Of a stretch of DNA of 64,000 nt, positions 20,268 through 31,196 are shown piece after piece. Numbering within the stretch: position 1 is the first letter of the stretch; each line of letters begins with the position of its first letter. A model generated the notes under the pieces. It was not told the origin of the DNA, made no database searches, and saw nothing but the letters and a program-made list of their open reading frames with translations. The DNA is taken from contig JADQBC010000002.1 in assembly GCA_016903655.1 (NCBI GenBank), positions 12,078 to 76,077 on the forward strand, in the 5' to 3' direction. A program made the translations under genes and the position numbers. Source of the DNA: Gomphosphaeria aponina SAG 52.96 = DSM 107014 (GTDB taxonomy: Bacteria; Cyanobacteriota; Cyanobacteriia; Cyanobacteriales; Gomphosphaeriaceae).

Positions 20268-21872
20268 GTGGTCAAGAAAAAAAAGAGGCATTATTTAATT
20301 TTAGCTGGGATTATCATTCTTGGTGTAGCCCTCAGATTTGGGCAGCTAGACTTAAAACCTTTGGGAATAGATGAAATTGCCACTGCTTTATTTAGTTTGG
20401 GAAAAGGTTATGAAGATGTGCCGCTAAATGTGGCAACTTCTTTATCAAGTCTGCAAGAGGTTTTTACTTTGAGAAAAACTACCTGGCCTGAAATTGCTTG
20501 GGCGGTTAGTACCGAGTCCACCCATCCCCCTCTGTTTTTTTGTTTACTCCATCAATGGTTGGTTTGGCTACAACCTGTTTCTGAGTCATTGGTTTGGAAA
20601 TTACGCGCTTTTCCTGCACTTTGGGGAGTGGCGGCCATCGCTGCTGTTTATTGTCTCAACCGCCTGGCCTTTTCTCCTACTGCTGGTTTAATGGGTGCAG
20701 CAGTCATGGCTGTTTCTCCTTTTGGGGTTTATTTGAGTCAGGAAGCGCGTCATTACACTCTGCCAGTGTTTTTAATTACTTTAGCACTTTTAGCATTAAT
20801 CCAAATTGAAAAAGACATGGAAAAAAGTCAAATCTCAGTTTGGTGGCTCATTTGGCTCGGGGTGAATACGATTAGTTTTTATGTTCACTATTTCTGTATT
20901 TTAGCTTTTGTGGCTCAGGTGTTGATCCTGATAATTTTGAGTTACAATGATCAAGGGAAAAATCTGGGGAAAATTATTTTATTAGCTTTGACCTCTTTTG
21001 CCTTATTTTTGCCTTGGCTAACTATAGTGATGGAACATTTTAATAGCCCCAAAACCTCTTGGTTATCTGGCCCTGAAAATCTGGCTCCACTTTACCAGCT
21101 CCCAATGGCTTGGTTGTTAATGGCGATCGCTTTACCTGTGGAAAATCAACCTTTAGCCATCCAAATAATTGCTGGTTGCTTAATGATTGGTTTTGGCGGT
21201 TGGGTTGCTTGGCACACTTATCTCGGTTTGTTATCTCAAACTAAATCTGCTACTTTTATTATTTCCCTATTTATTCTTTTTGTTTTATTAGAATTTCTCT
21301 TAATTATTTACATTCTCCATAAAGATATTACTATTGCTCCCCGCTATAACTTTATCTATTTTCCTGCATTTTGCGCTTTATTAGGCGCTGGCATAGTTAA
21401 CCGCATTAAATTTTCTGTCAAACTCCCAATTATGTTAATTTTAGTTGGCACGATTAGCAGTTTGTTTGTGGTTTTTGACTTAGCCTTTAAAAAACCTTAT
21501 CACCCTCAAGCAGTAGTTAATAATTTCAAGCAAGATTCAGGTTCTTTAATGATCGTAGTAGGATATGAAGACACCATTAATATTGCTTTGGGATTAAGCT
21601 ATGCTAAAGCTATGGAGCCAGAAGGAGAAAAAAATCAAGGAACTTACTTGGCTTTTGTGGATAGTTCTGCAGGCTATGACTTAGTTTGGGAAAAAGTTGC
21701 TACAATGTCAGTATTGCCTGAAAATTTATGGGTAGTTGCTCCTGGTTTGAAACAAAAAGATTATCCTGCTCAACTCCATCTGGCTCAAAGTAATTGTCAG
21801 CTTGAGCCTGAGCAATATTATCGTATAGGTATCCCTTATCAACTGTATCAATGTCAAACAAAAATTCAGTAA
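20268..21872 (+). CDS. GT39/ArnT-like polytopic membrane glycosyltransferase
   Basis: 534 aa with more than 10 hydrophobic helices. The first loop carries LKPLGIDEIATALFSLG (a DE motif), typical of the PMT/ArnT family. GTG start. Confidence 0.75.
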   Translation: MVKKKKRHYLILAGIIILGVALRFGQLDLKPLGIDEIATALFSLGKGYEDVPLNVATSLSSLQEVFTLRKTTWPEIAWAVSTESTHPPLFFCLLHQWLVWLQPVSESLVWKLRAFPALWGVAAIAAVYCLNRLAFSPTAGLMGAAVMAVSPFGVYLSQEARHYTLPVFLITLALLALIQIEKDMEKSQISVWWLIWLGVNTISFYVHYFCILAFVAQVLILIILSYNDQGKNLGKIILLALTSFALFLPWLTIVMEHFNSPKTSWLSGPENLAPLYQLPMAWLLMAIALPVENQPLAIQIIAGCLMIGFGGWVAWHTYLGLLSQTKSATFIISLFILFVLLEFLLIIYILHKDITIAPRYNFIYFPAFCALLGAGIVNRIKFSVKLPIMLILVGTISSLFVVFDLAFKKPYHPQAVVNNFKQDSGSLMIVVGYEDTINIALGLSYAKAMEPEGEKNQGTYLAFVDSSAGYDLVWEKVATMSVLPENLWVVAPGLKQKDYPAQLHLAQSNCQLEPEQYYRIGIPYQLYQCQTKIQ

Positions 21873-22561
21873 CAGGAAAGGAAGTTCAAACATTATTTAA
21901 TCGCATTGCTCCTGTTTATGATCAAATGAATAATTGGTTAAGTTTTGGTCAACATCGCATTTGGAAACTAATGGCGGTAAAATGGAGTAGTCCGCGTCCA
22001 GAAGACAGGGCGATTGATCTGTGTTGTGGGAGTGGGGATTTAACCCAAATGTTAGCACGACAAGTTCCTCAAGGTAGGGTCTATGGAGTGGATTTTTCTC
22101 AGTCTTTATTAGCTTTGGCTAGTCAAAGGGCCTCTGCTTACTCTAATATTTCTTGGGTAGAAGCGGATGTGCTGGATTTACCTTTTGAGGCTAACTATTT
22201 TGATTGTGCTACAATGGGTTATGGTCTGCGCAATGTAAGGGATATTCCTCGGTGTCTGGGGGAGTTGTACCGCATCCTTAAACCAGGAGCAACAGCAGCT
22301 ATTCTTGATTTTCATCGTCCGCGGGCTCCTGTCATGGAGGCTTTTCAACGATGGTATCTTGATAATATTGTTGTCCCAACTGCTCAGAGCTTCGGTTTAA
22401 CTGAAGAATATGCTTACATTATGGAGAGTTTGGAGAAGTTTCCCACAGGAAAGGAGCAAGTTAAATTAGCTTTGGAAACTGGCTTTAAATTGGCTACTCA
22501 TTATCCCATTGCCCTGGGAATGATGGGCGTGTTAGTAATAAGTAAAGAGATTGTATTTTGA
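21851..22561 (+). CDS. menG: demethylphylloquinone/menaquinone methyltransferase (UbiE/MenG family)
   Basis: [37 protein letters not shown] and GYGLRNV are UbiE/MenG signatures. Overlaps the preceding gene by 22 nt. Confidence 0.88.
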   Translation: MSNKNSVTGKEVQTLFNRIAPVYDQMNNWLSFGQHRIWKLMAVKWSSPRPEDRAIDLCCGSGDLTQMLARQVPQGRVYGVDFSQSLLALASQRASAYSNISWVEADVLDLPFEANYFDCATMGYGLRNVRDIPRCLGELYRILKPGATAAILDFHRPRAPVMEAFQRWYLDNIVVPTAQSFGLTEEYAYIMESLEKFPTGKEQVKLALETGFKLATHYPIALGMMGVLVISKEIVF

Positions 22562-23793
22562 CTTTGGAATTATCTAACCTGTGGACATTGTTGATTCCGC
22601 CCATTGCGGGGGCAATTATTGGCTATTTTACTAATGATTTAGCCATAAAAATGTTATTTCGTCCTTACCAACCCAAATATTTAGGGCAGAAACAAATACC
22701 TTTTACCCCAGGTTTAATTCCCCGCAACCAAGAGCGTCTGGCTAGAAGGGTGGCTGATACAATTATGGGGTCACTTTTAACACCAGAAGAGTTACAAAAT
22801 TTAGCAAAACGTTTGCTGCAAACAGAAAGAGTGCAAGGAGCAATTCTTTGGTTATTACAGTTAGCACTCAAAAAAGTACGGGGGGATAAGGAACAGAAAA
22901 CTGCGAGGATTTTAGCCGAGATTTTGCGGGATTTGTTTGCTGAATCATTACCTCGTTTATTGCGGGTGGTTGCCCGTCGAGAAGATTTTCTCGAAGAGCA
23001 AATTAATCAAATTTTTGACCAAATTTTATTAGAGTTTCAGCTTACTGAAGCTCAAGCGCGACAATTTTCTAATTGGCTGTTGGATACGGTTTTACCTCCA
23101 GATATTTTGCGCCAAGCTATTATTGACTTTCTGACAGATAGAAATATTCAGGTAATTGATGAAGGTTTTCGGGAAAAAACTAGCGGTACTTATTGGGTGG
23201 TGGCTAATCTTTTTGGGGTGCGCAATACTTTAATTCGGGTACGGACTTTTTGTCTGGATGAGCGGGAAATTGCTAATACTCGTCTCAAGGAATTATTACT
23301 TACTTTAGAAGTGCGGAATCGTTTGCGAGAATGGTTACAAAATCTTTCTTTGCAAAATTTACCTGTGTCAACAGTAAAGCAATTGCGGAAAACTACTCAC
23401 GAGACAGTGCGCAATTATGTTCAAGCAAAGGGGGCTGAATTACTTCAAGGATTGGGGGAATCTGTTGATTGGAAAAATGTTGCTAGCGTAACTTTAAATC
23501 GGTTGCAAAATTCTCCTGCTGTGACTAGCTCTCTAGAAACTATTAGTCAGGAATTAGCTTTGATTTTGGAACGCTATTTAGAAGAAGAGTTAGAAAAAAT
23601 AATCGCTCAGGTGATTCCTATTTTGTCCATTGATCAAGTGATTGTGGAGCGGGTAACAATGACTGCGGCTGAGGATTTAGAAATAGCTGTTCAAGGAATT
23701 GTGAAAAGTGAGTTACAAGCTATTGTAAATTTGGGGGGTTGGTTGGGGTTTTTTGTGGGTGTATTGCAGACAATTATTCTTTTATTGCGTTAG
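22558..23793 (+). CDS. DUF445 family membrane-associated protein
   Basis: [25 protein letters not shown]...[16 protein letters not shown] is the DUF445 N-terminal signature. The TTG start overlaps the menG stop by 4 nt. Confidence 0.75.
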   Translation: MTLELSNLWTLLIPPIAGAIIGYFTNDLAIKMLFRPYQPKYLGQKQIPFTPGLIPRNQERLARRVADTIMGSLLTPEELQNLAKRLLQTERVQGAILWLLQLALKKVRGDKEQKTARILAEILRDLFAESLPRLLRVVARREDFLEEQINQIFDQILLEFQLTEAQARQFSNWLLDTVLPPDILRQAIIDFLTDRNIQVIDEGFREKTSGTYWVVANLFGVRNTLIRVRTFCLDEREIANTRLKELLLTLEVRNRLREWLQNLSLQNLPVSTVKQLRKTTHETVRNYVQAKGAELLQGLGESVDWKNVASVTLNRLQNSPAVTSSLETISQELALILERYLEEELEKIIAQVIPILSIDQVIVERVTMTAAEDLEIAVQGIVKSELQAIVNLGGWLGFFVGVLQTIILLLR

Positions 23794-23851
23794 GGGTATT
23801 GGATTTTGCTTTAATGTATTAGTTAAATATTACAGAATTAAACTAATGAAG

Positions 23852-24453
23852 TTAGGGTTGAACAATTCTCACTAAAATTCGCAAAAGATCATCTAGATCG
23901 GCAGGTACACGGTACAGATCAAGGTCTTGAGTCACTTCACGGGCTTGACGCTCAAACTGACCAAACTGCCAGATATTGCCAGTAGAAATTGCGCCGTGCA
24001 AGATAGTTTCCTCTGACTCAATCCATTGATCGAGAGCAATCAGTTCGATCGCTAGTTGGACAAAACCTCTTTCTAGGTCTTCGTTTTTGGCTTCAACCAG
24101 TAGAAAGGTTTGGCGATTTTGCACCAGATAATCCAGGGAACCTTTTAGTTGGTTATTAACAACAATGGGGTACTCAACCTTGAGAGTAGCTTTTGTGTAG
24201 TGCAGTAAATCGGTTAAGACTGGGGCAATGAGAAATTCCCGTCGTGCCATTTCACTGGTGAGACTAAGGCGAGGTAGGCTTTCTTCAATTCGTGCTTTCA
24301 GGTCCATCAGGCGATCGAGTGTGTCAGTATAGCGGGGCAATTTCAAGGAGCGACGTTGAAATAGGCAAGAATATCTTGGGGGGCAAAGTTGAGTTTGAAG
24401 TAATCGGCAAAGGTATAGGATTGATCGGGATGAATGATACTTGTTCTTGGCAT
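23852..24453 (-). pseudogene. PD-(D/E)xK nuclease-fold protein (HsdR-N-like), apparently frameshifted after codon 36
   Basis: The main ORF 23852-24346 starts only at TTG and carries D...EAK (SLDYLV...FLLVEAKNEDL). A 36-codon ATG-initiated ORF at 24343-24453 (MPRTSIIHPDQSYTFADYFKLNFAPQDILAYFNVAP) ends on a TGA overlapping that TTG, in a different frame. Confidence 0.6.
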
Positions 24454-24522
24454 TTGATCGTTAATAATTAGTATTTTTTCTCATCTAGTTTTCTCCTAGA
24501 ACTGCTTAATATCAACCAAAAG

Positions 24523-25641
24523 TTACATTTTTTTGAGGATAGTTTGAAAGTGTTTATTTTGACGGAGTTTATTTAAATCTGGGTCAGTTTTCGCAGCGGG
24601 AAGATATTGAGCGGGGTTTAATTTAATTGCTTGGGAGATCAAGTCTGCTGCTAGTTTAAACTTGCCCTGTAAAGCATAACATAAACCTTTGTTATAAAGA
24701 CCATTGGCGTGATCTGGTTTAATTTCTAGGGAACGGTTGATACTCATTAAAGCTTTTGATACCTGACCCAATTTGAGCAAAGCATAACCCCGATTATCCC
24801 AAGCTTCGTAATTATTGGGATCGAATTTCAGCGCTTGGTCATAGGAAGCGATCGCCTCTTTTATTCTCCCTAATTTCCTTAAAGTTATCCCCCGATTATT
24901 CCAAGCGTGAGTATCTTGCGGCGCAAGTTTGAGGACTTTTTCATAACATTCTAAACATTCATTTGTTCCCCCCAAATAAGTCAATGTTATTCCTTTATTC
25001 ATTAAACTAGGTAAGTGATTCGGCTTAATTTCCAAAGCCCGCTCATAACATACCAAAGCTTGATCATATTTTTTTTCTGCCATCAAAATACAGCCTTTAT
25101 TAAACCATAATTCTGGTTCATCTGGTTTAATTTTCAGCGCTTGCTCATAACTACTGCGAGCGGGTTGCAATTTTCCTAAATTCATTTGTGCTTTGCCTCG
25201 ATTAGCAAAGGCTTTATAATCTTCTGGGTTAAATTCTAAAGCTCGATCATAACAGGGAATTGCATCGCGATCGCGTCCCAGTTTACTCAACACATTGCCT
25301 TTATTTACCCAAGCATCATAATAAGCTGGTTGCCGTTTAATTACTTCCTCAAAAATTGCCAAGGCTTCCTCATATTTTTCCCATTCCAAAAAAGCAATCC
25401 CTTTATTATAAATTGCCCAAATTTTTCCAGGATTTAACTCTAAAGTTTTGTCAAAACTTTCAAGAGACTCTGAATAACGTTGTAGATGACCTAATGCTAA
25501 TCCGCGACAAAACCAAGCATCACTATATTTTGGTTCTAGGGTGAGAGCTGCCTCAAAACATTTAAGGGCTTTTTCCCACCTTTTCACCGCCGACCACTGC
25601 TCCCCTTTCTCTAACAATTTTTTCGCTTGCTCTGCAATCAT
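24523..25641 (-). CDS. TPR-repeat protein (about 10 TPR units)
   Basis: Regular 34-aa periodicity (W..KG.AL..L.RY.EAL..YD.AL...P). Confidence 0.85.
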   Translation of the reverse strand: MIAEQAKKLLEKGEQWSAVKRWEKALKCFEAALTLEPKYSDAWFCRGLALGHLQRYSESLESFDKTLELNPGKIWAIYNKGIAFLEWEKYEEALAIFEEVIKRQPAYYDAWVNKGNVLSKLGRDRDAIPCYDRALEFNPEDYKAFANRGKAQMNLGKLQPARSSYEQALKIKPDEPELWFNKGCILMAEKKYDQALVCYERALEIKPNHLPSLMNKGITLTYLGGTNECLECYEKVLKLAPQDTHAWNNRGITLRKLGRIKEAIASYDQALKFDPNNYEAWDNRGYALLKLGQVSKALMSINRSLEIKPDHANGLYNKGLCYALQGKFKLAADLISQAIKLNPAQYLPAAKTDPDLNKLRQNKHFQTILKKM

Positions 25642-25650
25642 AGCTTTTAT

Positions 25651-26532
25651 TTAAACTTCTAATAGTAAGCCTGCAATCATCCCCAAAAGCAAAATAAAAC
25701 CTAACCAAACATTTTGCCGAAAAATTTCCCCATACACTGACTTTTCTCCATTTTGACCTAGGCGAGTAAATTGCCATACCCAACCTATTACTGCTATGCC
25801 CCAGGCCAACCAAAAGCCTATTTTTAGCTTCATCATCATCCCTAAATAGGCAAGTAACCCAGCAGTAAGTGCCCAAAAAATACCCACTGCCAAAGGAGAA
25901 TAGTCACCAAAAAAAATGGCACTAGAATTAATGCCAATTTTGGCATCATCTTCTCTGTCTGACATGGCATATACGGTATCAAAACCCAGAGTCCAAAAAA
26001 CCGTAGCGCCCCAAAGTAACCAAGCCGACGTATTTAAATTAGTTGTTACCGCACTCCAACTAATTAAAACAGCAAAACCCCAAGCAAGAGAAAGCACAAG
26101 TTGAGGGAGAGGAAAAACCCGCTTGGCCAAAGGATAACAAACAATTACAGGCACTGCTGCCACACAGAGCCAAAAACTAAAAGTATTGAGATAAAATGCA
26201 AATATACCAGCACAAACTAGGGCAATGAAAGCAATCATAATGCCTACTGTAATACTCAGGGTGCCCGAAGCCAGGGGGCGAGTACGAGTCCTTTCTACCT
26301 GTGGATCAATATCCCTGTCCCATAAATCATTAATGACACAACCTGCCGCGCTAGTAGCTAAACTGCCGAAGATAATTACCCCGAGTAGGGGTAAGGGGGG
26401 CATTCCCTCAGCAGCCAAAAATAATGCCCAAAGAGCAGGTATCATTAAAATCAGCCTTCCTGCTGGTTTATCCCAGCGTAGCAGTCGCAGAATTGTTAAC
26501 CATGTGGTTTCTTGTTGATACTGAGTAACCAT
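25651..26532 (-). CDS. ubiA: 4-hydroxybenzoate polyprenyl(solanesyl)transferase, UbiA family
   Basis: LLRWDKPAGRLILMIPALWA...AAGCVINDLWDRDIDPQVERTRTRPLASG is the UbiA signature. The start is set at ATG 26532 (MVTQYQQ...), since the 78 upstream codons of the ORF track overlap ppx. Confidence 0.88.
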   Translation of the reverse strand: MVTQYQQETTWLTILRLLRWDKPAGRLILMIPALWALFLAAEGMPPLPLLGVIIFGSLATSAAGCVINDLWDRDIDPQVERTRTRPLASGTLSITVGIMIAFIALVCAGIFAFYLNTFSFWLCVAAVPVIVCYPLAKRVFPLPQLVLSLAWGFAVLISWSAVTTNLNTSAWLLWGATVFWTLGFDTVYAMSDREDDAKIGINSSAIFFGDYSPLAVGIFWALTAGLLAYLGMMMKLKIGFWLAWGIAVIGWVWQFTRLGQNGEKSVYGEIFRQNVWLGFILLLGMIAGLLLEV

Positions 26533-26554
26533 TTTTTTAGAGCAGAAAATACTT

Positions 26555-28201
26555 ATGGATGAGCTTAATAAGAACTTTAAAACAGATGGGGCAAATCTTG
26601 CCACTGTCCATGGGAAAGAAGATATTATTCTTGCAGCCATTGATATTGGGACTAACTCCATCCACATGGTAGTAGTGCGCATTGACCCATCATTACCAGC
26701 TTTTACTATTATTGCGCGGGAAAAAGATACTGTGAGATTAGGCGATCGCGATGCAAAAACTGGCAATCTTACTGCTGGTGCTATTTCCCGCTCTTTGGCT
26801 GCACTTAAACGCTGTCAGGATTTAGCTACCAGTCTCAAAGCCGAACATATCATTGCTGTCGCTACAAGTGCCACGCGAGAAGCACCTAATGGTAATAAGT
26901 TTTTGGAACAAATTAAGTCAGAAACTGGTATTTTTGTCAATCTCATTTCTGGGCCTGAAGAAGCACGACGCATTTACCTCGGAGTCTTGTCGGGGATGGA
27001 TTTTAACAATAATCCCCATGTAATTATAGATATAGGTGGAGGCTCCACAGAGTTAATTTTGGGAGATAGTCAAGAACCGCGTTTCCTCAGCAGTACAAAA
27101 GTAGGAGCAGTGCGTCTTACTCAAGATTTTATTACCACTGACCCCATTAGTAACAGTGAATTGCTCTATTTACGGGCTTATGTGCGGGGAATGTTAGAAC
27201 GCCCCGTAGATCAGTTGCGCAAAAAATTACAACCTGGAGAAATACCCCGTTTAGTAGGAACATCTGGCACCATTGAAACTTTGGCCACAATTCATGCTTT
27301 AGAAAACCTGGGGTCAGTACCCAGTCCCTTTCATGGTTATGAAATTTCTCTCAAAAATATTAAAGAAATTGTCAAAGGTTTAGCAACTTTAAATTATGCC
27401 CAACGTCTTGCAATTGGAGGAATGAATGACAAACGAGCAGAAATTATTCTGGCTGGTAGCGTTATTCTATTAGAAGCAATGACCATGCTTAATATTGACT
27501 CAATTATGATGTGTGAGCGAGCGTTAAGAGAAGGAGTAATTGTTGACTGGATGCTCACCCACGGTTTAATTGACAGTCGGTTGGCTTTTCAGAGTAAGGT
27601 ACGTCCCCGCAGTGTGATGAAAATTGCCCGTAAGTATAAGGTAAATCTGGATTATAGTGAGCGAGTTGCTAATTTTTCCCTGAGTATTTTTGACCAAATT
27701 AAAGGCATTCTGCACAACTGGGGCGAGGCAGAAAGGGAATTACTGTGGGCAGCAGCTTTTTTACATAACTGTGGCGTATATGTCAGCCATTCTGCCCATC
27801 ATAAGCATTCTTATTATTTAATTCGCAATGCTGAATTGTTGGGCTTTACAGAAATTGAGTTAGAAATAATTGCCAATATCGCTAGGTATCATCGCAAGAG
27901 TAAGCCCAAGAAAACTCATCAACCTTACAGTAACCTGCCCCATGAATATCGCAAAATGATTAAACAACTGAGTGCTATTTTGAGACTGGGAATAGGTTTA
28001 GATCGACGGCAAATTGGGGCAATTAAAAAGTTAGATTGCAAGTATGATGCCGAGTATCAAAAACTACATTTACGCTTAATTCCTGCTTACCCCAATGATG
28101 ATTGTGCATTAGAATTGTGGAGTTTAGATTATAAAAAAGAGGTATTTGAAGAAGAATATGGAGTCAAAGTTGTTGCGACCTTAGAAAAGTTTTTATGCTA
28201 G
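26555..28201 (+). CDS. ppx: exopolyphosphatase (Ppx/GppA family with C-terminal HD domain)
   Basis: AAIDIGTNSIHMVV, IDIGGGSTELI, and HHKHSYYLI in the C-terminal domain. Confidence 0.9.
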   Translation: MDELNKNFKTDGANLATVHGKEDIILAAIDIGTNSIHMVVVRIDPSLPAFTIIAREKDTVRLGDRDAKTGNLTAGAISRSLAALKRCQDLATSLKAEHIIAVATSATREAPNGNKFLEQIKSETGIFVNLISGPEEARRIYLGVLSGMDFNNNPHVIIDIGGGSTELILGDSQEPRFLSSTKVGAVRLTQDFITTDPISNSELLYLRAYVRGMLERPVDQLRKKLQPGEIPRLVGTSGTIETLATIHALENLGSVPSPFHGYEISLKNIKEIVKGLATLNYAQRLAIGGMNDKRAEIILAGSVILLEAMTMLNIDSIMMCERALREGVIVDWMLTHGLIDSRLAFQSKVRPRSVMKIARKYKVNLDYSERVANFSLSIFDQIKGILHNWGEAERELLWAAAFLHNCGVYVSHSAHHKHSYYLIRNAELLGFTEIELEIIANIARYHRKSKPKKTHQPYSNLPHEYRKMIKQLSAILRLGIGLDRRQIGAIKKLDCKYDAEYQKLHLRLIPAYPNDDCALELWSLDYKKEVFEEEYGVKVVATLEKFLC

Positions 28202-28340
28202 AATGATAACCAATTAGTAATTACTCAGCTTATTGCTGAATGTCGTTTAGGGAAAACGGTTGCCATGACGAGCTACTCATGAGCTGAGATGAGGAAAATT
28301 GGGCATGATTGGTTCTCCAAAACAGAGTTAATAATTAACC

Positions 28341-29642
28341 ATGAATAGACTAGCAGCTCTCCCCCCTGATAGTTTAGTTGATAAACGCTATCTGATTAAA
28401 AAAGTTCTCGGACAAGGTGGTATGGGACGTACTTACCTGGTATCAGATCAACAGTGCTTTAATAAACTCCTTGTGCTGAAAGAATTTGTCCCAGGTAGCA
28501 CTGAAGAGTATATTCTCCAAAAATCTCGCGCATTGTTTCGGCGAGAAGCAGAAGTTTTATACCAACTTAACCATCCGCAAATTCCCAAATTTTATGGACA
28601 CTTTGAAGAAAGGGCAAGACTTTTTTTAGTCCAGGATTATATTAAGGGAAAATCCTATAGACAGTTTCTAGAGCAAGGTAAAATTTTCTCGGAAATGGAA
28701 GTAATTCAATGGTTAAAAGATTTATTACCAGTTCTAGACTATATTCACCAAAAAAATATTATCCATCGGGATATTTCCCCTGATAACGTGATGCTTGTTG
28801 ATTCTGAAGAGTTTCAAGAAGGGGAGGAAGCAAGAAATAAACTCATGCTCATTGATTTTGGGGTGGTGAAGCAAGCAGAAAATCAGGTAACATCAAATTA
28901 CTCAATTGTAGGCAAACTTGGCTATTCTCCCCCAGAACAAATTCGTTTGGGTCAATGTTATCCCACTAGCGATCTTTATGCACTAGCAGTAAGTGCTTTA
29001 GTTCTGTTAACAGGTAAAGAACCACAAATACTCTTTGATAGCTATTCCACACAATGGCAATGGCAAAATTATATAAAGCTCAGTGAGAATTTGCCAGAAA
29101 TTATTGAGAAAATGTTGGCAGAAATTCCCCAAGAGCGCTATCAATCAGCCCAAGAAGTATTAGCAAAATTAAATAATCCTAGCTTTGTCCAGTCACCCCC
29201 AGCAAAGACAGAAATTATTCAGCCAAAATTACCAGAAAATCAGCCAAATATTACAGGAAATGTAAACAAGAAAAATCCCCTGAAAATATTACCCTGGGCT
29301 GCTGTTGTTGCGGTATTTTTAGTAGGGGGAATTACCCCGCATATTGCTGGGGTGTGTAACAGTTTAAATAATTGTGCCCAAGGGAGTAAATTTCAGCAAG
29401 TATTTGACCAAGCAACAGAAAAAGCAGAAACAGCAATTCAGGCAGCAGAAAAAGCAAAAAATTTGGCAGAATTACAGTCAAGTAGCGATCGCCTCCAAAG
29501 TGCCATCACTGAACTAACTGACATCCCAGAAGATGTTAATTTTTATGGAGAAGTTAAAGAGGTTTTAATCAAATATCAAAGCAAACAGGAGGAAATAGCA
29601 GCTCGTTTGCAGGAAGAGAGCAAGAAGCAACCTTTGTGGTAA
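28341..29642 (+). CDS. Hanks-type Ser/Thr protein kinase with one TM helix and a coiled-coil tail
   Basis: LGQGGMGRTY, LVLKEF, HRDISPDN, DFGVVK, GYSPPEQ. TM helix ILPWAAVVAVFLVGGI. Confidence 0.9.
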   Translation: MNRLAALPPDSLVDKRYLIKKVLGQGGMGRTYLVSDQQCFNKLLVLKEFVPGSTEEYILQKSRALFRREAEVLYQLNHPQIPKFYGHFEERARLFLVQDYIKGKSYRQFLEQGKIFSEMEVIQWLKDLLPVLDYIHQKNIIHRDISPDNVMLVDSEEFQEGEEARNKLMLIDFGVVKQAENQVTSNYSIVGKLGYSPPEQIRLGQCYPTSDLYALAVSALVLLTGKEPQILFDSYSTQWQWQNYIKLSENLPEIIEKMLAEIPQERYQSAQEVLAKLNNPSFVQSPPAKTEIIQPKLPENQPNITGNVNKKNPLKILPWAAVVAVFLVGGITPHIAGVCNSLNNCAQGSKFQQVFDQATEKAETAIQAAEKAKNLAELQSSSDRLQSAITELTDIPEDVNFYGEVKEVLIKYQSKQEEIAARLQEESKKQPLW

Positions 29643-29660
29643 AAAATTAAGGGGAAACAA

Positions 29661-31145
29661 ATGAAAATATCAAAATTAGGTAAAATAATCACGGGAGCGT
29701 TATTGATCACCTTGATCATCATTTTTGGGAACAGACCCGTTGTATCTTACACAGAAAAACCAACTGTAAATCAGAGAATAAATCCTGGACAAATTGCCCA
29801 AGTAGGGAGCGCAAGCTATTACCAACAATTGGCAAAAGCAGACGATTTTTATAAAGGGGGCAACTTACAGATGGCAGAGCAAATACAACGGGAAGTTAAA
29901 CCAGATTTTCCCCCATCAGAACCACCAGCTAGCCCCATATTTGATGAGGAAAACCTGAAAGAGCAAGAACCAGGAGCAGCAGTTTATTGGCGCATAGCCA
30001 ATGAAGGAATTGGGGATGATTTAGAGAGTAAAATTCTAGAACCTCTCACATTATTAACAGAAGATTATCCTAGGTTTATTCCAGGTCATTTAGTATTAGC
30101 AGAACAGTTAGTTAAGTATGAAAGAACTCCAGAAGCAATAGAAGTATTAGCAAAAGCAAGTACTTTATATCCAGAAATCACAGAATTATTGGATGGGAAA
30201 ATTGCCCTGTTGCGGACAGAAGAAAGATATTTAGAAGCAGCGATCGCCGCCCGTCAATTTGCCTTATCCTACCCCGACAATCCCCAAGCAGGGCAATATG
30301 AAAATCTCGCCAAACAAAACCAACAAGACCATAATAATTACATTCAACAACAAATTGTCAGTGGAGCATTGGCTGATATGTTATTAGAAGAAATGTTTGG
30401 GGGCAATGGTTCTAGCAATACGTTATTAACAATGTTAATGCAGGGAGAAGCACAAACTGGTGAACAAATGGCTCAACAATATAAATCTCAACTCACTCTA
30501 GTAGAAAACGAACAGCTTGTTAATTATGTGACTCAAGTAGGAATGAAATTGGCACAATTAATGGGAAGAGATGAATTTAATTATGAATTTTTCATCGTTG
30601 ATGACCCAAATCTCAATGCTTTTGCTCTTCCTGGGGGCAAAATTTTCATTAATACTGGAATGTTAAAAGTAATGGGTTCAGAAGCAGAATTAGCAGGCAT
30701 TCTTAGCCATGAAATTTCCCATTCCGTCCTCTCCCACAGCTTTGAGAAAATGGCAACTGCTGCGAGTCTTGAAGGATTTGGCCAAGTTTTACCTTTGGGG
30801 AGTATTTTTAGCGATTTTATCACTGCGGAACATAGTCGAGAAAAAGAGCGTCAGTCCGATATTGTTGGCACTCACGCTCTCGCGACTGCGGGTTATGCTG
30901 CTGATGGATTATATAATGTTATGGGTATTTTAAAACAAGCTCATGGAGACGCTGGTACACCCTGGACAGCAAGTCATCCAGCACCCACGGAGCGAGTAGA
31001 ATATCTCGCAGAATTGATTCAGCGCCATGGTTATAACCGTTATGCTTACGAAGGAGTGAACCCCTACCAAACTGCTTTAGGGAACACCCCGAAAAAAGAA
31101 CAATCAAATAGTGAGCCACCAACACAAAATCAACCCATTTTCTGA
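29661..31145 (+). CDS. M48-family zinc metalloprotease with N-terminal anchor and TPR-like region
   Basis: HEISHSVLSH (HExxH) preceded by NAFALPGGKIFINTG. Starts 18 nt after the kinase stop. Confidence 0.85.
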   Translation: MKISKLGKIITGALLITLIIIFGNRPVVSYTEKPTVNQRINPGQIAQVGSASYYQQLAKADDFYKGGNLQMAEQIQREVKPDFPPSEPPASPIFDEENLKEQEPGAAVYWRIANEGIGDDLESKILEPLTLLTEDYPRFIPGHLVLAEQLVKYERTPEAIEVLAKASTLYPEITELLDGKIALLRTEERYLEAAIAARQFALSYPDNPQAGQYENLAKQNQQDHNNYIQQQIVSGALADMLLEEMFGGNGSSNTLLTMLMQGEAQTGEQMAQQYKSQLTLVENEQLVNYVTQVGMKLAQLMGRDEFNYEFFIVDDPNLNAFALPGGKIFINTGMLKVMGSEAELAGILSHEISHSVLSHSFEKMATAASLEGFGQVLPLGSIFSDFITAEHSREKERQSDIVGTHALATAGYAADGLYNVMGILKQAHGDAGTPWTASHPAPTERVEYLAELIQRHGYNRYAYEGVNPYQTALGNTPKKEQSNSEPPTQNQPIF

Positions 31146-31196
31146 GCATTAAATTCTCCCAAATTCTCTAAAAATCCCCCTTTTCAAAGGGGGATA

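Noticed and set aside
26533-26766. 78-codon N-terminal extension of the ubiA ORF (track ORF 25651-26766)
   Set aside because: The extension overlaps the well-supported ppx gene on the other strand and has no UbiA-like sequence. The UbiA signature begins right after the ATG at 26532.
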